Notes: generated by a model from the sequence alone, not told the origin. A stretch of 64,000 nucleotides of DNA from Defluviitaleaceae bacterium (GCA_009780415.1 WRAC01000004.1:10512-74511), one strand, 5' to 3'; positions 17,841 through 27,645 are shown, counted from the first letter of the stretch. Translations and numbers: made by a program.

Positions 17841-17855
17841 CTCTTGTACACTATA
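17841..17855. repeat. right arm of a 15-bp perfect inverted repeat
   Basis: CTCTTGTACACTATA lies between an extended -10-like TGTATAAT (minus strand, 17859-17866) and the RBS of the small gene. Confidence 0.9.
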
Positions 17856-17945
17856 GCGATTATACAAGCGTTAATATGACAATAGTATGTCTTATTATAA
17901 TCATAAAGCGATATTTAGCGCATAAAGAAAAGGTGCTGAAACTAC

Positions 17946-17974
17946 TTAACAATTTCTTGCGGATGAGGTATAAT
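17946..17974 (+). promoter_or_regulatory. sigma-A type promoter for the glycerol-3-phosphate dehydrogenase-like operon
   Basis: -35 TTAACA (17946-17951), 17-nt spacer, -10 TATAAT (17969-17974). This leaves a leader of about 85 nt. Confidence 0.5.
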
Positions 17975-18062
17975 ATGTTCGGATAATTATCGGCGTGTTA
18001 GGAAACCATTGATGTGTTGAACAAATGCGTATATATGTATAAAGAGGGGATTTTAGAAAAGA

Positions 18063-19511
18063 ATGGTTGACGTTGTAATAATAGGCTGCGGTATAGTTGG
18101 CGCGGCGGCGGCGTATGAGCTTTCGCGGTATAAATTGAACATTACCGTGCTTGAGCGTGAAAACGATGTCGCCATGGGATCCACCAAAGCCAACAGCGCC
18201 GTAATCCACGCGGGTTACGACCCTGAGCCGGGCAGTCTGATGGCGCGGCTGAATGCAGAAGGCGCAAGACTTGCCGATGAATTATGCGATAAGTTGGACA
18301 TTCCGCATAAGCATTGCGGCGCGCTGGTGCTGGCTTTTTCAAAGCGTGAAGAGCTTTTATTGGAACGTCTGTTGCAAAACGGTATAAAAAACGGCGTGCC
18401 GGATTTGAGAATCCTGCCCCGGGAGCTGGTTTTGGAAATGGAACCGAACCTCAGCGGGGAGGTTGCGGCAGCATTGCACGTCCCGTCCACAATGGTGGTC
18501 GATCCGTGGGAGTACACACTGGCGCTGGCCGAAACGGCGGTTAGAAACGGCGCCGAAATCCGGCTGGAATGTCCGGCGGAGGGGATTACGCGAATTCCGG
18601 GCGGCTACAGGATACATACCGGGAAAGGCGATGTTGAGGCACGCACGGTTATAAACGCGGCTGGGTTGTACGCGGATAAGATACATAACATGGTGTCGGA
18701 GCCCGCGTTTACCATCATGCCGGTTAAGGGCGAATATTACCTTTTAGATAAAAACGAGGGGGCGCGGATTTCTCAAGTCATTTTCCAATGCCCGACAGAA
18801 GAAGGCAAGGGTGTGCTGGTTGCGCCCACGGTACACGGAAATTTGATTGCCGGCCCCAATTATGTTCCGTCAAAGGATTGCGGAGATTTTGCTACTACCG
18901 CCGGCGGACTTGCCTTCGTGATGAAAACCGCCCGGAAATCGGTGCCGGAAATCAATTTTGACGCGAATATCCGTAATTTTGCCGGTAACCGTGCCATTTC
19001 GGATTATAATGACTTTATCATTTCGGAAGCTAAAGGCGCAAAAGGCTTTATCGACCTTGCGGGCATTAAATCACCGGGCCTTTCAGCCGCGCCCGCTATC
19101 GCTAAAATGGCCGCCGGGTTATTGACGGCAGCCGGGCTTCATCTAACCTTAAAAGATAATTTTGTTGACAAACGCAAACGTATACGCTTCCTGGAACTTA
19201 CGCCGGATGAAAGGAAAGCGCTTGTTGCCGCCGATCCCGCTTACGGGCAGGTTATTTGCCGCTGTGAAACGGTTACGGAGGGGGAGATTCGCGACGCGTT
19301 GCAATCACCCGTCCCGCCGCGTTCCATTGACGGCGTCAAGCGGCGGCGCGGCGCGGGCATGGGGCGGTGCCAGGGCGGTTTTTGCGGGCCGCGCGTGTTG
19401 GAGCTTCTGGCGGCGCATTACAAACGTCATTTTACCGAGGTGTTGCAGGATGGCGCGGGCAGTCATGTCCTTGTTTCGGAAACGAAAAGGAACCCCTTAT
19501 GCATGAATTGA
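18063..19511 (+). CDS. FAD-dependent oxidoreductase, glycerol-3-phosphate dehydrogenase/oxidase-like with BFD-type [2Fe-2S] domain
   Basis: 482 aa. Dinucleotide fold VVIIGCGIVGAAAAYEL. C-terminal Cys pattern ICRCETVTEGE..GRCQGGFC. Confidence 0.8.
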   Translation: MVDVVIIGCGIVGAAAAYELSRYKLNITVLERENDVAMGSTKANSAVIHAGYDPEPGSLMARLNAEGARLADELCDKLDIPHKHCGALVLAFSKREELLLERLLQNGIKNGVPDLRILPRELVLEMEPNLSGEVAAALHVPSTMVVDPWEYTLALAETAVRNGAEIRLECPAEGITRIPGGYRIHTGKGDVEARTVINAAGLYADKIHNMVSEPAFTIMPVKGEYYLLDKNEGARISQVIFQCPTEEGKGVLVAPTVHGNLIAGPNYVPSKDCGDFATTAGGLAFVMKTARKSVPEINFDANIRNFAGNRAISDYNDFIISEAKGAKGFIDLAGIKSPGLSAAPAIAKMAAGLLTAAGLHLTLKDNFVDKRKRIRFLELTPDERKALVAADPAYGQVICRCETVTEGEIRDALQSPVPPRSIDGVKRRRGAGMGRCQGGFCGPRVLELLAAHYKRHFTEVLQDGAGSHVLVSETKRNPLCMN

Positions 19512-20455
19512 TAGTCATCGGCGGAGGGCCCGCCGGGCTTGCGGCGGCGTACGGCGCATGGCGGGACGGGCTTCGGAAAATATTGATAATAGAGCGTGAC
19601 AAGGAACTTGGGGGAATCCTGAACCAATGTATCCATACCGGTTTCGGTTTGGAATACTTTAAGGAGGAGCTTACCGGTCCCGAGTACGCCGGGCGTTTTA
19701 TCAAGCTTTTGCAAACAACGCAAATTGAAACCGCTTTAGATACCATGGCGCTGAAGATAACGCGGTCACGAGAAGTCCACGCTTCCGGCAAGCAATTTGG
19801 ATATGCCGTACTGCCCGCCAAAAGCGTCATACTGGCTATGGGCTGCCGTGAACGCGCCCTTGGCAGTCTGGGTATCCCGGGCACAAGGCCCGCGGGTATT
19901 TTCACCGCGGGAACGGCCCAGCGGTATATAAATATCGAAGGTTTTATGCCGGGAAAGCGAGTTGTTATTTTGGGGAGCGGTGATGTCGGGCTTATCATGG
20001 CGCGGAGGATGACGCTGGAGGGCGCGGAGGTTTTGGCTTGTGTTGAAATAATGCCTAAACCCGGCGGGCTTTTAAGAAATGTCGTCCAATGCCTGCATGA
20101 TTTTAACATACCGCTTTACCTTTCACACACCATCACCGAAATACGCGGCAGCAAGCGGGTGGAACAAGCGGTTGTGAGTAAGGTTGACGAAAAGCGGCAG
20201 GCGGTTAAAGGGACGGGGTTTGCTGTTGATTGCGACACTATTTTGCTTTCGGCAGGGTTAATACCCGAAATTGAATTACCAACGGCAGCCGGTATTAAAA
20301 TAGACCCGAAAAATATCGAAACCTCTGCGCCCGGCGTGTTTATATGCGGGAACGCGCTCCGCGTCCACGATATTGTCGATAATGTGACAACGGAAGCCCT
20401 GCGGGCGGGAAGCGCGGCCGCGGCGTTTGTATTGTCGGAGAAAATCCATGACTAA
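19499..20455 (+). CDS. NAD(P)/FAD-dependent (pyridine nucleotide-disulfide type) oxidoreductase
   Basis: I moved the start to ATG 19499 (MHELIVIGGGPAGLAAAY), a 13-nt overlap with the upstream gene. A second GxGxxG is present: ILGSGDVGLIMA. Confidence 0.8.
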   Translation: MHELIVIGGGPAGLAAAYGAWRDGLRKILIIERDKELGGILNQCIHTGFGLEYFKEELTGPEYAGRFIKLLQTTQIETALDTMALKITRSREVHASGKQFGYAVLPAKSVILAMGCRERALGSLGIPGTRPAGIFTAGTAQRYINIEGFMPGKRVVILGSGDVGLIMARRMTLEGAEVLACVEIMPKPGGLLRNVVQCLHDFNIPLYLSHTITEIRGSKRVEQAVVSKVDEKRQAVKGTGFAVDCDTILLSAGLIPEIELPTAAGIKIDPKNIETSAPGVFICGNALRVHDIVDNVTTEALRAGSAAAAFVLSEKIHD

Positions 20456-20786
20456 CATTATATGTATAATCTGCCCTAAGGGCTGTAATCTAATTGTGAG
20501 TGAAAACGGCGGTACTATAGGCCATTCATGCGCGCGGGGGGAGATTTACGGACGCGAGGAGCGGATAAATCCCGTCCGGATTGTGACGTCCACTGTTAAA
20601 ATCTCCGGTGCGGTACACAGCCGGATACCGGTTAAAACTAAGACACATATTCCTAAACACTTAATTTCCGACGCCATGCGCCTTTTGGATGATGTGGAGC
20701 TTACCGCTCCGGTTGACGAAGGCTTTACGGTGATCGCGGATATTTGCGGCACCGGCATACCTTGGGTAACAACGCGCGGAATGTGA
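20448..20786 (+). CDS. DUF1667 domain protein
   Basis: I moved the start to ATG 20448 (MTNIICIICPKGCNL..), an 8-nt overlap with the upstream gene. This is the usual third member of this oxidoreductase trio in anaerobes. Confidence 0.7.
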   Translation: MTNIICIICPKGCNLIVSENGGTIGHSCARGEIYGREERINPVRIVTSTVKISGAVHSRIPVKTKTHIPKHLISDAMRLLDDVELTAPVDEGFTVIADICGTGIPWVTTRGM

Positions 20787-20789
20787 AAT

Positions 20790-22292
20790 TTATGCGGGCG
20801 GGACGCCCGCGCTCCCAGGGTCAGCCCAGCCAAGGCTTCTGCCGACAGCCTTTTTCCAGCCGTTCAGCAGTCTTTCGCGGGTTGTCTCCTCCATTTTGGG
20901 TTTAAATACAATATCACATCTCCATAATTGTTTCAGTTCATCCAAATCCTTCCAAAATCCGGCGGCAAGGCCGGCTAAATAAGCCGCGCCCAAAGCGGTC
21001 GTTTCCCGGATAACGGGCCGGCACACGGGCTTGTTCAGGATATCAGCCTGAAATTGCAATAAAAAAGCGTCGCGGCTTGCGCCGCCGTCTGCTTTTAATT
21101 CCCGGAGCGTTATTCCCGTGTCCCGCTGTATCGCGTCCGCCAGCTCGCAGCTCTGGTAGGCTATGGATTCCTGCGCCGCGCGGATTACATGCTCTTTTTT
21201 AGTGCCGCGGGTGATGCCGATTATCAAGCCTCGCGCGTACATATCCCAATACGGCGCGCCCAGCCCCGTGAAAGCGGGGACAAGGTATACCCCGCCCGTA
21301 TCGCTTACCTTTGACGCGTAGTATTCGGAGTCGCTGCTTTCGGCAAAAAAGCGCAGCTCGTCGCGTAACCATTGTATTACCGCTCCGCCGGTGAATACGC
21401 TGCCTTCCAGCGCGTAGCATGTTCTTCCGCCGATACCCGCGGCGATGGTGGTAATCAAGCCGTTTTTACTGACGCATGGGTTTTTACCCGTATTCATCAG
21501 AAGAAAACAGCCGGTGCCATAAGTATTCTTAGCTTCGCCCTCGTTAAAACAGCATTGGCCGAACAATGCGGCTTGCTGATCCCCCGCCGTGCCCGCGATA
21601 GGCACTTTTACGCCTTGAATCTCCGTATATCCGTATATTTCACTTGATGGGCGCGGCTCCGGCAGCATCGCCCTCGGAATATCCAACGCTTGCAGCAGGC
21701 GTTCGTCCCAATCCAGGGTCTTTATATCAAAAATCATTGTACGTGAAGCGTTTGTATAGTCCGTGACATGTATGCCGTTTGTCAGCTTCCATATAAGCCA
21801 GCTGTCAACCGTGCCGAACAGTATCTCGCCCCGTTTTGCGCGTTCGCGCGCTCCCGGCGTATTGTCCAGTATCCACTTTATCTTGGAACCGGAGAAATAC
21901 GCGTCAGGGACAAGACCCGTCGTTTCGCGTATGTATTCACCATGCTCCAGCGTAAGCTCCTCCACAATCCGCGCGGTACGGCGGCATTGCCACACAATAG
22001 CGCTGCAAATGGGAAAACCCGTATATTTGTCCCACACCACCGTTGTTTCCCGTTGGTTAGCAATTCCGACGGCGGCAATCTCCCCGGCGGAAACCCCTGT
22101 CCGCGCCAATACTTCCATCATTACCGCGTATTGTGACGAGTATATTTCCATAGGGTCATGCTCGACCCAGCCTTCGCGCGGATAAAACTGCGTCAATTCC
22201 TTTTGCGCGGCGCCGATTATTTTCTGCTCATGGTCAAAAAGAATCGCGCGCGAACTGGCGGTGCCCTGATCCAGCGCTAAGATATAAGGCAT
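20790..22292 (-). CDS. glpK: glycerol kinase
   Basis: 500 aa. N-terminus [18 protein letters not shown] and FGGY-kinase pattern throughout. Confidence 0.95.
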   Translation of the reverse strand: MPYILALDQGTASSRAILFDHEQKIIGAAQKELTQFYPREGWVEHDPMEIYSSQYAVMMEVLARTGVSAGEIAAVGIANQRETTVVWDKYTGFPICSAIVWQCRRTARIVEELTLEHGEYIRETTGLVPDAYFSGSKIKWILDNTPGARERAKRGEILFGTVDSWLIWKLTNGIHVTDYTNASRTMIFDIKTLDWDERLLQALDIPRAMLPEPRPSSEIYGYTEIQGVKVPIAGTAGDQQAALFGQCCFNEGEAKNTYGTGCFLLMNTGKNPCVSKNGLITTIAAGIGGRTCYALEGSVFTGGAVIQWLRDELRFFAESSDSEYYASKVSDTGGVYLVPAFTGLGAPYWDMYARGLIIGITRGTKKEHVIRAAQESIAYQSCELADAIQRDTGITLRELKADGGASRDAFLLQFQADILNKPVCRPVIRETTALGAAYLAGLAAGFWKDLDELKQLWRCDIVFKPKMEETTRERLLNGWKKAVGRSLGWADPGSAGVPPA

Positions 22293-22356
22293 ATAATTCC
22301 CTCCGGCCTATCTCTTTCGCATTTCATCCGGATATTTAAGGATTTCAGAAAGGGGC

Positions 22357-23763
22357 CTATTCCGCAAACTGTCCGGAAAGCGCCGATATTGTAGCCTTTG
22401 CGTCACCATACAGCATCAGCGTATTCGGCATATAAAACAACTCGTTTTCGATACCGGAAAAACCGCGGCCTTTCCCGCGCTTCAGAACAAACACGGTTCT
22501 TGCTTCATAGGCCTTGATTATCGGCATTCCATATATGGGTGAGGATGTATCCGTTTCCGCGGCCGGGTTGACGACGTCGTTCGCGCCGATTATGATCGCC
22601 GCGTCCTGTACGGGCATTACCGGGTTCATTTCTTCCATGGTTTTCAACTGCTCATACGGGATATCCGCTTCCGCCAGCAGGACATTCATATGCCCCGGCA
22701 TACGCCCCGCGACGGGGTGTACGGCAAAGCTTACCTCCGCTCCGTTTGCCATAAGCTTTTCCGCCAGCTCCTTAACAACGTGCTGGGCCTGGGCAACAGC
22801 CATGCCGTAACCCGGTATAAACACTACGGAGCCGGCGGCCTCCAGCACGGGATAAGCGTCCTCGGCGGATACGGACTTGGGCTCGGAACCGGGGCCTTGC
22901 TTGGATGATGTTTGAACCGCGCCGAATCCGCCGAATAAAAGGTTCGCGATAGAACGGTTCATCGCCTTGCACATTATCAGCGTTAAAACCACGCCCGACG
23001 CGCCGACCAGCGCGCCCGACACTATCAGCGCCGTGTTGGAAATAATGAACCCCGCCGCGGCGACGGCTACTCCGGTAATGCTGTTTATTAAAGAAATAAT
23101 AACGGGCATATCGCCGCCGCCTATGGGTAAAACGAACGCAAGGCCAAATACAAGGGAAATTGCCGATAATATAAGGATTGCGGAAGCTTTAACAGAGGCT
23201 TCGACACCGGGCAGAATTATACATACCGATACGGCGGCAACTGCCAGGAAAAGAATCAAATTTATTAATTTTTGTCCCCTGAACACGATTGCGCGTCCCG
23301 TTATTTTTTCCGAGAGCTTGCCCCACGCAAGCATCGAGCCTGAAAAAGCCATCGCGCCGATAAAAATCGTTACGCATATTGCCGTAAGGCCGATAATATC
23401 ATGTCCGCCGGGGTTGTTATGAAACTGCGAAAACGCCACCAGCGCCGACGCCAGCCCGCCAAAACCGTTATACAGAGCCACCAGCTCGGGCATCCCGGTC
23501 ATCTTGACCTTCTTCGACCATATAAGCCCTATAACCGCGCCCGCGGCGATACCGACAAAACACCATAAAATACCGTTTTGCGCCCAGTCCGCGGAACTCC
23601 GGCTCTGAACCACATCGTTCTCAAAAAACACGGCGGCAGCCGCGATAAGCATACCAATGGCGGAGATCAGGTTCCCCTGACGCGCGGTTTGCGGTTTGGT
23701 CAGCTTCTTTATGCCCATAATAAACAATACGCAGGCTATGATATATGCAATATTAATAACCAT
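22357..23763 (-). CDS. pntB: NAD(P) transhydrogenase subunit beta
   Basis: 468 aa. Polytopic N-terminal half plus a soluble C-terminal dIII-like domain (..IPGYGMAVAQAQH..GANDVVNP..). Confidence 0.9.
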   Translation of the reverse strand: MVINIAYIIACVLFIMGIKKLTKPQTARQGNLISAIGMLIAAAAVFFENDVVQSRSSADWAQNGILWCFVGIAAGAVIGLIWSKKVKMTGMPELVALYNGFGGLASALVAFSQFHNNPGGHDIIGLTAICVTIFIGAMAFSGSMLAWGKLSEKITGRAIVFRGQKLINLILFLAVAAVSVCIILPGVEASVKASAILILSAISLVFGLAFVLPIGGGDMPVIISLINSITGVAVAAAGFIISNTALIVSGALVGASGVVLTLIMCKAMNRSIANLLFGGFGAVQTSSKQGPGSEPKSVSAEDAYPVLEAAGSVVFIPGYGMAVAQAQHVVKELAEKLMANGAEVSFAVHPVAGRMPGHMNVLLAEADIPYEQLKTMEEMNPVMPVQDAAIIIGANDVVNPAAETDTSSPIYGMPIIKAYEARTVFVLKRGKGRGFSGIENELFYMPNTLMLYGDAKATISALSGQFAE

Positions 23764-24056
23764 CAGTCTTTATTCTCCTTTTTCTTGCGGAACATGCCCA
23801 GCATCCGTTCCGTAACCATATACCCGCCCACCACGTTTATGGTTGCCAGTATAATGGCGATAAAGGATAACACCATGCCCAAGGAACCTCTGACAGTTAT
23901 TGCGCATACGACCAAAGCGCCTAAAACCGTTATGCCCGATATGGCGTTTGTCGCCGACATGAGGGGGGTGTGAAGCTGGGACGGCACCTTGGATATAAGC
24001 TCCCTGCCCAGAAACGCCGCAATTACGAAGATGAAGAGAAGTAGTATCTTATCCAT
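23763..24056 (-). CDS. pntAB: NAD(P) transhydrogenase subunit alpha, part 2 (membrane)
   Basis: 97 aa with three hydrophobic helices. Its stop overlaps the pntB start by 1 nt. Confidence 0.85.
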   Translation of the reverse strand: MDKILLLFIFVIAAFLGRELISKVPSQLHTPLMSATNAISGITVLGALVVCAITVRGSLGMVLSFIAIILATINVVGGYMVTERMLGMFRKKKENKD

Positions 24057-24073
24057 ATGTATCGCTCCTAGTT

Positions 24074-25213
24074 TTAGATAAACCGTTCATGCACAATCCG
24101 TCCATCCGCCGTAATCAGGCAGCCCTTCATTATTTCATCGGCAGCAGTCAGTTTTATTGATTTGCTTTCGGCATCCCAGAAATGCGTCAGGAACGCCGCT
24201 ATATTACCGGAGAACATATTTGAGGCGTCTTTAGGGATAAAACGCTCCAGGCTGTCCCCGCCGATAATCAGAACGCCATTGTCCAGCATAACATCGCCTT
24301 TGGGGTCCGAACCCTCAACGTTACCCCCTGTCCCAACCGCCATATCTATTATAACCGAACCCGGCTTCATGTCAGCCGTCATTTCCTTTGTCAGCAGAAC
24401 GGGGGCTTTGCGCCCGAAAACCTTCGCCGTCGTTATAACCACATCCGACTGCGCGCAAACCTTGGCCTGGGCTTTCCGCTGTATCTCAATCTGCTCCGGG
24501 GTAAGTTCCTTCGCGTAGCCCTGCTCCGTCTGCCCCATCTCTCCCAAATCGATTTTAACGAATTTCGCGCCCAAGGACTTTACCTGCTCCTCCACAACCG
24601 GCCTTGTGTCGAAAGCTTCAACCCTCGCGCCCAGACGCTTCGCCGTGGCAATGGCCTGCAAACCCGCGACGCCTACCCCTATAATAAAAAACCGCGCCGG
24701 AGAGATAGTGCCGGACGGCGTCATCATCATCGGCAGAATCTTCGGCAGTCTGGACGCGGCTAACACCACTGCGTAATACCCCGCCAGCGAAGCCTGCGAA
24801 CTCAGGATATCCATTTTCTGAGCCAGTGTCGTGCGGGGAATCATCTCAAGGCTCACAAGCCTAATACCGGCTTCGGCATATGCCTGTATCGCGGCCTTTT
24901 CGTTGAAGACATCAAAAGAGCTGATATGCAGCGTGTTTTTACGTATGCCGTTTATATCCTCAGGTTTGTTTATACGTACAATAATATCGGCAAACCCGTA
25001 CCCGGCTTCAAGGGACGGCATAACCGCGGCCCCCGCAGTTTCGTATTCACCGTCCGTATAACCGGTTACCGCCCCCGCTCCGCTCTGTACCGCGCATTCG
25101 TACCCCAGCGCGGTCAGAGCCTTTATATCCGCGGGAATAAGCGCAACCCGGGTCTCGCCTTTTTGAGTTTCCCTGCACAAAAAAACCTTGTTCATCGCTT
25201 CATCCGCTTTCAT
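24074..25213 (-). CDS. pntAA: NAD(P) transhydrogenase subunit alpha, part 1 (dI)
   Basis: 379 aa. Alanine-dehydrogenase/PNT fold with Rossmann motif IIGVGVAGLQAIATAKRLGA. The start may instead be Met7. Confidence 0.9.
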   Translation of the reverse strand: MKADEAMNKVFLCRETQKGETRVALIPADIKALTALGYECAVQSGAGAVTGYTDGEYETAGAAVMPSLEAGYGFADIIVRINKPEDINGIRKNTLHISSFDVFNEKAAIQAYAEAGIRLVSLEMIPRTTLAQKMDILSSQASLAGYYAVVLAASRLPKILPMMMTPSGTISPARFFIIGVGVAGLQAIATAKRLGARVEAFDTRPVVEEQVKSLGAKFVKIDLGEMGQTEQGYAKELTPEQIEIQRKAQAKVCAQSDVVITTAKVFGRKAPVLLTKEMTADMKPGSVIIDMAVGTGGNVEGSDPKGDVMLDNGVLIIGGDSLERFIPKDASNMFSGNIAAFLTHFWDAESKSIKLTAADEIMKGCLITADGRIVHERFI

Positions 25214-25218
25214 GAGTA

Positions 25219-26211
25219 TTATTCTTTAGCCAACGCCGAGTCGAACGCTATATTGGAAGCGCTGAAATTCAACCTTCTTATGAAGGCGCAGGCTTCCGTC
25301 GCGCCGAATACCCGCTCCATGCCCGAATCTTCCCATTCTACGGAAAGCGGCCCTTCGTAGCCGGCTTGGTTAAGCTCGCGTATAATGCCGTCAAAATCGA
25401 CGGCGCCATGCCCCGGCGACACAAAGTTCCAGCCCCGGCGCGTATTGCCGAACTCGATATGCGAGCCCAGAATACCGTTGCGCCCGTCAAGGTTCAGCTT
25501 AACGTCCTTAACATGCACATGGTAGATTTTTTCGGCAAAATCCCTGGCGAAAACAAGGGGGTCAACCATGTTCCACAAAAGGTGGCTCGGGTCGTAGTTA
25601 ATGCCGAGTGTCGGGCGGTCTTTAAATTTCCCGAATAATTTTTTGGTTGTCCAGTAATCGAAGGCTATTTCTGTGGGATGCACCTCCAGGGCGAATTTCA
25701 CGCCAACCTCGTCAAACACGTCAAAAATCGGCGTCCAAAGCCTTACAATCTCGTCAAAACCCTCCTCAACCATCGCTTCGGTTGTTTGCGGGAAGGAATA
25801 CCAGTATTTCCAAATGGGGCTGCCCATAAACCCCGTGACAACCTTGCAGCCCATTGCGGCGGCGGCTCTCGCCGTCATTTTTACTTCCTCTATGGCCCAT
25901 TTGCGGATTTCTTCCGGTTTTCCGGCCAGTGAGGCGGGCGCGAAGCCGTCCAGACGCGGATCCCATAGGTCGCCCACGCACTGTCCTGTCAGATGGCCGC
26001 TTATCGCCCAGCATTTCAAACCGTATTTCTCCAGAATTTCTTTGCGTCCGGCGACATACGCGGGATCGGAGGCCGCTTTATGCACGTCCATATGATCGCC
26101 CCATGTCGCCAGCTCCGCGCCGTCGTATCCCATGGAGCCAATCAATTTACACGCTTCTTCAAAAGGAAGATCGGCCCATTGGCCTGTGAACAAAGTTACG
26201 GGTCTTGGCAT
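25219..26211 (-). CDS. sugar phosphate isomerase/epimerase (xylose isomerase-like TIM barrel)
   Basis: The track ORF begins with TTG at 26229. The ATG at 26211 (MPRPVTLFTG..), preceded by GAAAGGATGGG, is the more likely start. The pattern is AP-endonuclease-2/xylose-isomerase-like. Confidence 0.75.
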   Translation of the reverse strand: MPRPVTLFTGQWADLPFEEACKLIGSMGYDGAELATWGDHMDVHKAASDPAYVAGRKEILEKYGLKCWAISGHLTGQCVGDLWDPRLDGFAPASLAGKPEEIRKWAIEEVKMTARAAAAMGCKVVTGFMGSPIWKYWYSFPQTTEAMVEEGFDEIVRLWTPIFDVFDEVGVKFALEVHPTEIAFDYWTTKKLFGKFKDRPTLGINYDPSHLLWNMVDPLVFARDFAEKIYHVHVKDVKLNLDGRNGILGSHIEFGNTRRGWNFVSPGHGAVDFDGIIRELNQAGYEGPLSVEWEDSGMERVFGATEACAFIRRLNFSASNIAFDSALAKE

Positions 26212-26235
26212 TTTAACCCATCCTTTCAAGCATTA

Positions 26236-27396
26236 TTAATCAAAATCCACCCAAATATTGCCTTTTGCTGAGCTTTCCACGCAGCGGTGAATGAACTTCA
26301 CACCGTTTAAGCCGTCCTCCAGACCGGGGTAATCGATGTCCTCCGGTTTTAAAACCCCTGCATTATGCTTGCAAACACAGTCTATGAAATTTGAATAGAT
26401 ATTTGCCATGGCCTCGAAATACCCCTCGGTATGGGCGGAGGGCAAACGGCTGTACCGCGCGGCTTCTGGCCTTATGGCGCTGTATCCGCGGCGCACGGTT
26501 TTGCGGATGCCGTCCTCACCGGTGATTGTAGCTTCCTCGGAGGTATAGCAGCCCCACTCAATTGCGCCTTTGGAACCGAATATGCGCACCTTCAGGTCGT
26601 TGTCGCAGCCAAGGGCAACCTGGCTGGCCCAGTATGCGCCCGAAGCCCCATTTTCATATTCTACCAGAACTACGCTGTTGTCGTCAAGGACGCGCCCGTG
26701 GACTATTTTGTCCATTTTTGCCAGCACGCGCTTGATTTTTAGCCCCGTCATCATGGCTACGGTATTCTCGATGTGGGTGCCGAGATCGCCCAGCGCGTTG
26801 CTTATCCCGGCTTCGGCGGGGTCTCTCCGCCACGCGCCCTGCTTGCCGCCGTCGCCGTCGTAGAGCCACCCCTGCGGGTATTCGCCCATCACCATGCGGA
26901 TATCCCCTATTTCCCCGGCCCTGATCAGCTCGCGCACATGTCTGAACGTGACGTTCCCGCTGTAAGAATATGTAACCGCGAAGAGCAGCCCCTTTTCCTC
27001 CGTGATGCGTATCAGCTCCTCGGCCTGGGCAATCTCACAGGCCAGGGGCTTGTCGCAGACTACGTGGATACCGGCTTCAAGGAACGCCTTGCATATGGCG
27101 AAGTGCGAGGTGTTCGTCGTAACCACAACGGCAAAGTCGATTTTGCCGCTTTCCGCCTTTGCCATTTCCTCATAGCTGTTATAAAGCCGCCCGGGGTCTA
27201 ATCCAAGCTTTCTTCCTGTTGTGAGGGTATTGTCCGGGTTCCGGGAAAAACAGCCCGTAACCAGCTCCGCCTTACCGTCAAGATTGATCGCCTTGCGGTG
27301 TACGCCGCCTATGAACGCTCCATCGCCGCCGCCAACCATGCCGTATTTCAAAACGCCCGCGGTAAAGCTCTCCGAAATAGTCGCCGAAATGCTCAA
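26236..27396 (-). CDS. Gfo/Idh/MocA family oxidoreductase
   Basis: 386 aa. N-terminal Rossmann fold (YGMVGGGDGAFIGGVH) and the family-typical ..VVCDKPLA.. segment. Confidence 0.85.
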   Translation of the reverse strand: MSISATISESFTAGVLKYGMVGGGDGAFIGGVHRKAINLDGKAELVTGCFSRNPDNTLTTGRKLGLDPGRLYNSYEEMAKAESGKIDFAVVVTTNTSHFAICKAFLEAGIHVVCDKPLACEIAQAEELIRITEEKGLLFAVTYSYSGNVTFRHVRELIRAGEIGDIRMVMGEYPQGWLYDGDGGKQGAWRRDPAEAGISNALGDLGTHIENTVAMMTGLKIKRVLAKMDKIVHGRVLDDNSVVLVEYENGASGAYWASQVALGCDNDLKVRIFGSKGAIEWGCYTSEEATITGEDGIRKTVRRGYSAIRPEAARYSRLPSAHTEGYFEAMANIYSNFIDCVCKHNAGVLKPEDIDYPGLEDGLNGVKFIHRCVESSAKGNIWVDFD

Positions 27397-27487
27397 AGCA
27401 TAACCTCATTTCAAATAATATAATTATACCACAAATATTTATGTTCTGCCAAAAGATCTTTTAATTATACCTTTAAAGAAGAGGCCA

Positions 27488-27516
27488 TTGCAGGAGCGGA
27501 TACGTTGTGATATAAT
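27488..27516 (+). promoter_or_regulatory. strong sigma-A type promoter (extended -10) of the lipoprotein/Sia-like operon
   Basis: -35 TTGCAG (27488-27493), 17-nt spacer ending in TGA, -10 TATAAT (27511-27516). The predicted transcription start falls at the left edge of repeat copy 2. Confidence 0.6.
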
Positions 27517-27522
27517 GGCTGG

Positions 27523-27645
27523 GTAGGCCTAATACCAAGTTGCAATCTAAATCACACTAACTCCGGGCGGATGATCCAGTACGCTCACGCTCAGGCCGGC
27601 TCATCCGCCCAGAGTAAGTGTTGCTTTGATTGCAACTTGGTATAA
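27523..27645. repeat. ~120-nt imperfect-palindrome (long hairpin) repeat element, copy 2
   Basis: Same orientation as copy 1, offset exactly 10,200 bp. Its inner stem pairs better than that of copy 1. Confidence 0.9.

Noticed and set aside
20794-20810. The GCGGGCG-GGA-CGCCCGC hairpin as a discrete terminator feature.
   Set aside because: It lies inside the last codons of glpK and has only a weak U-tract on either strand. It is mentioned in the operon finding but is not secure enough to annotate.
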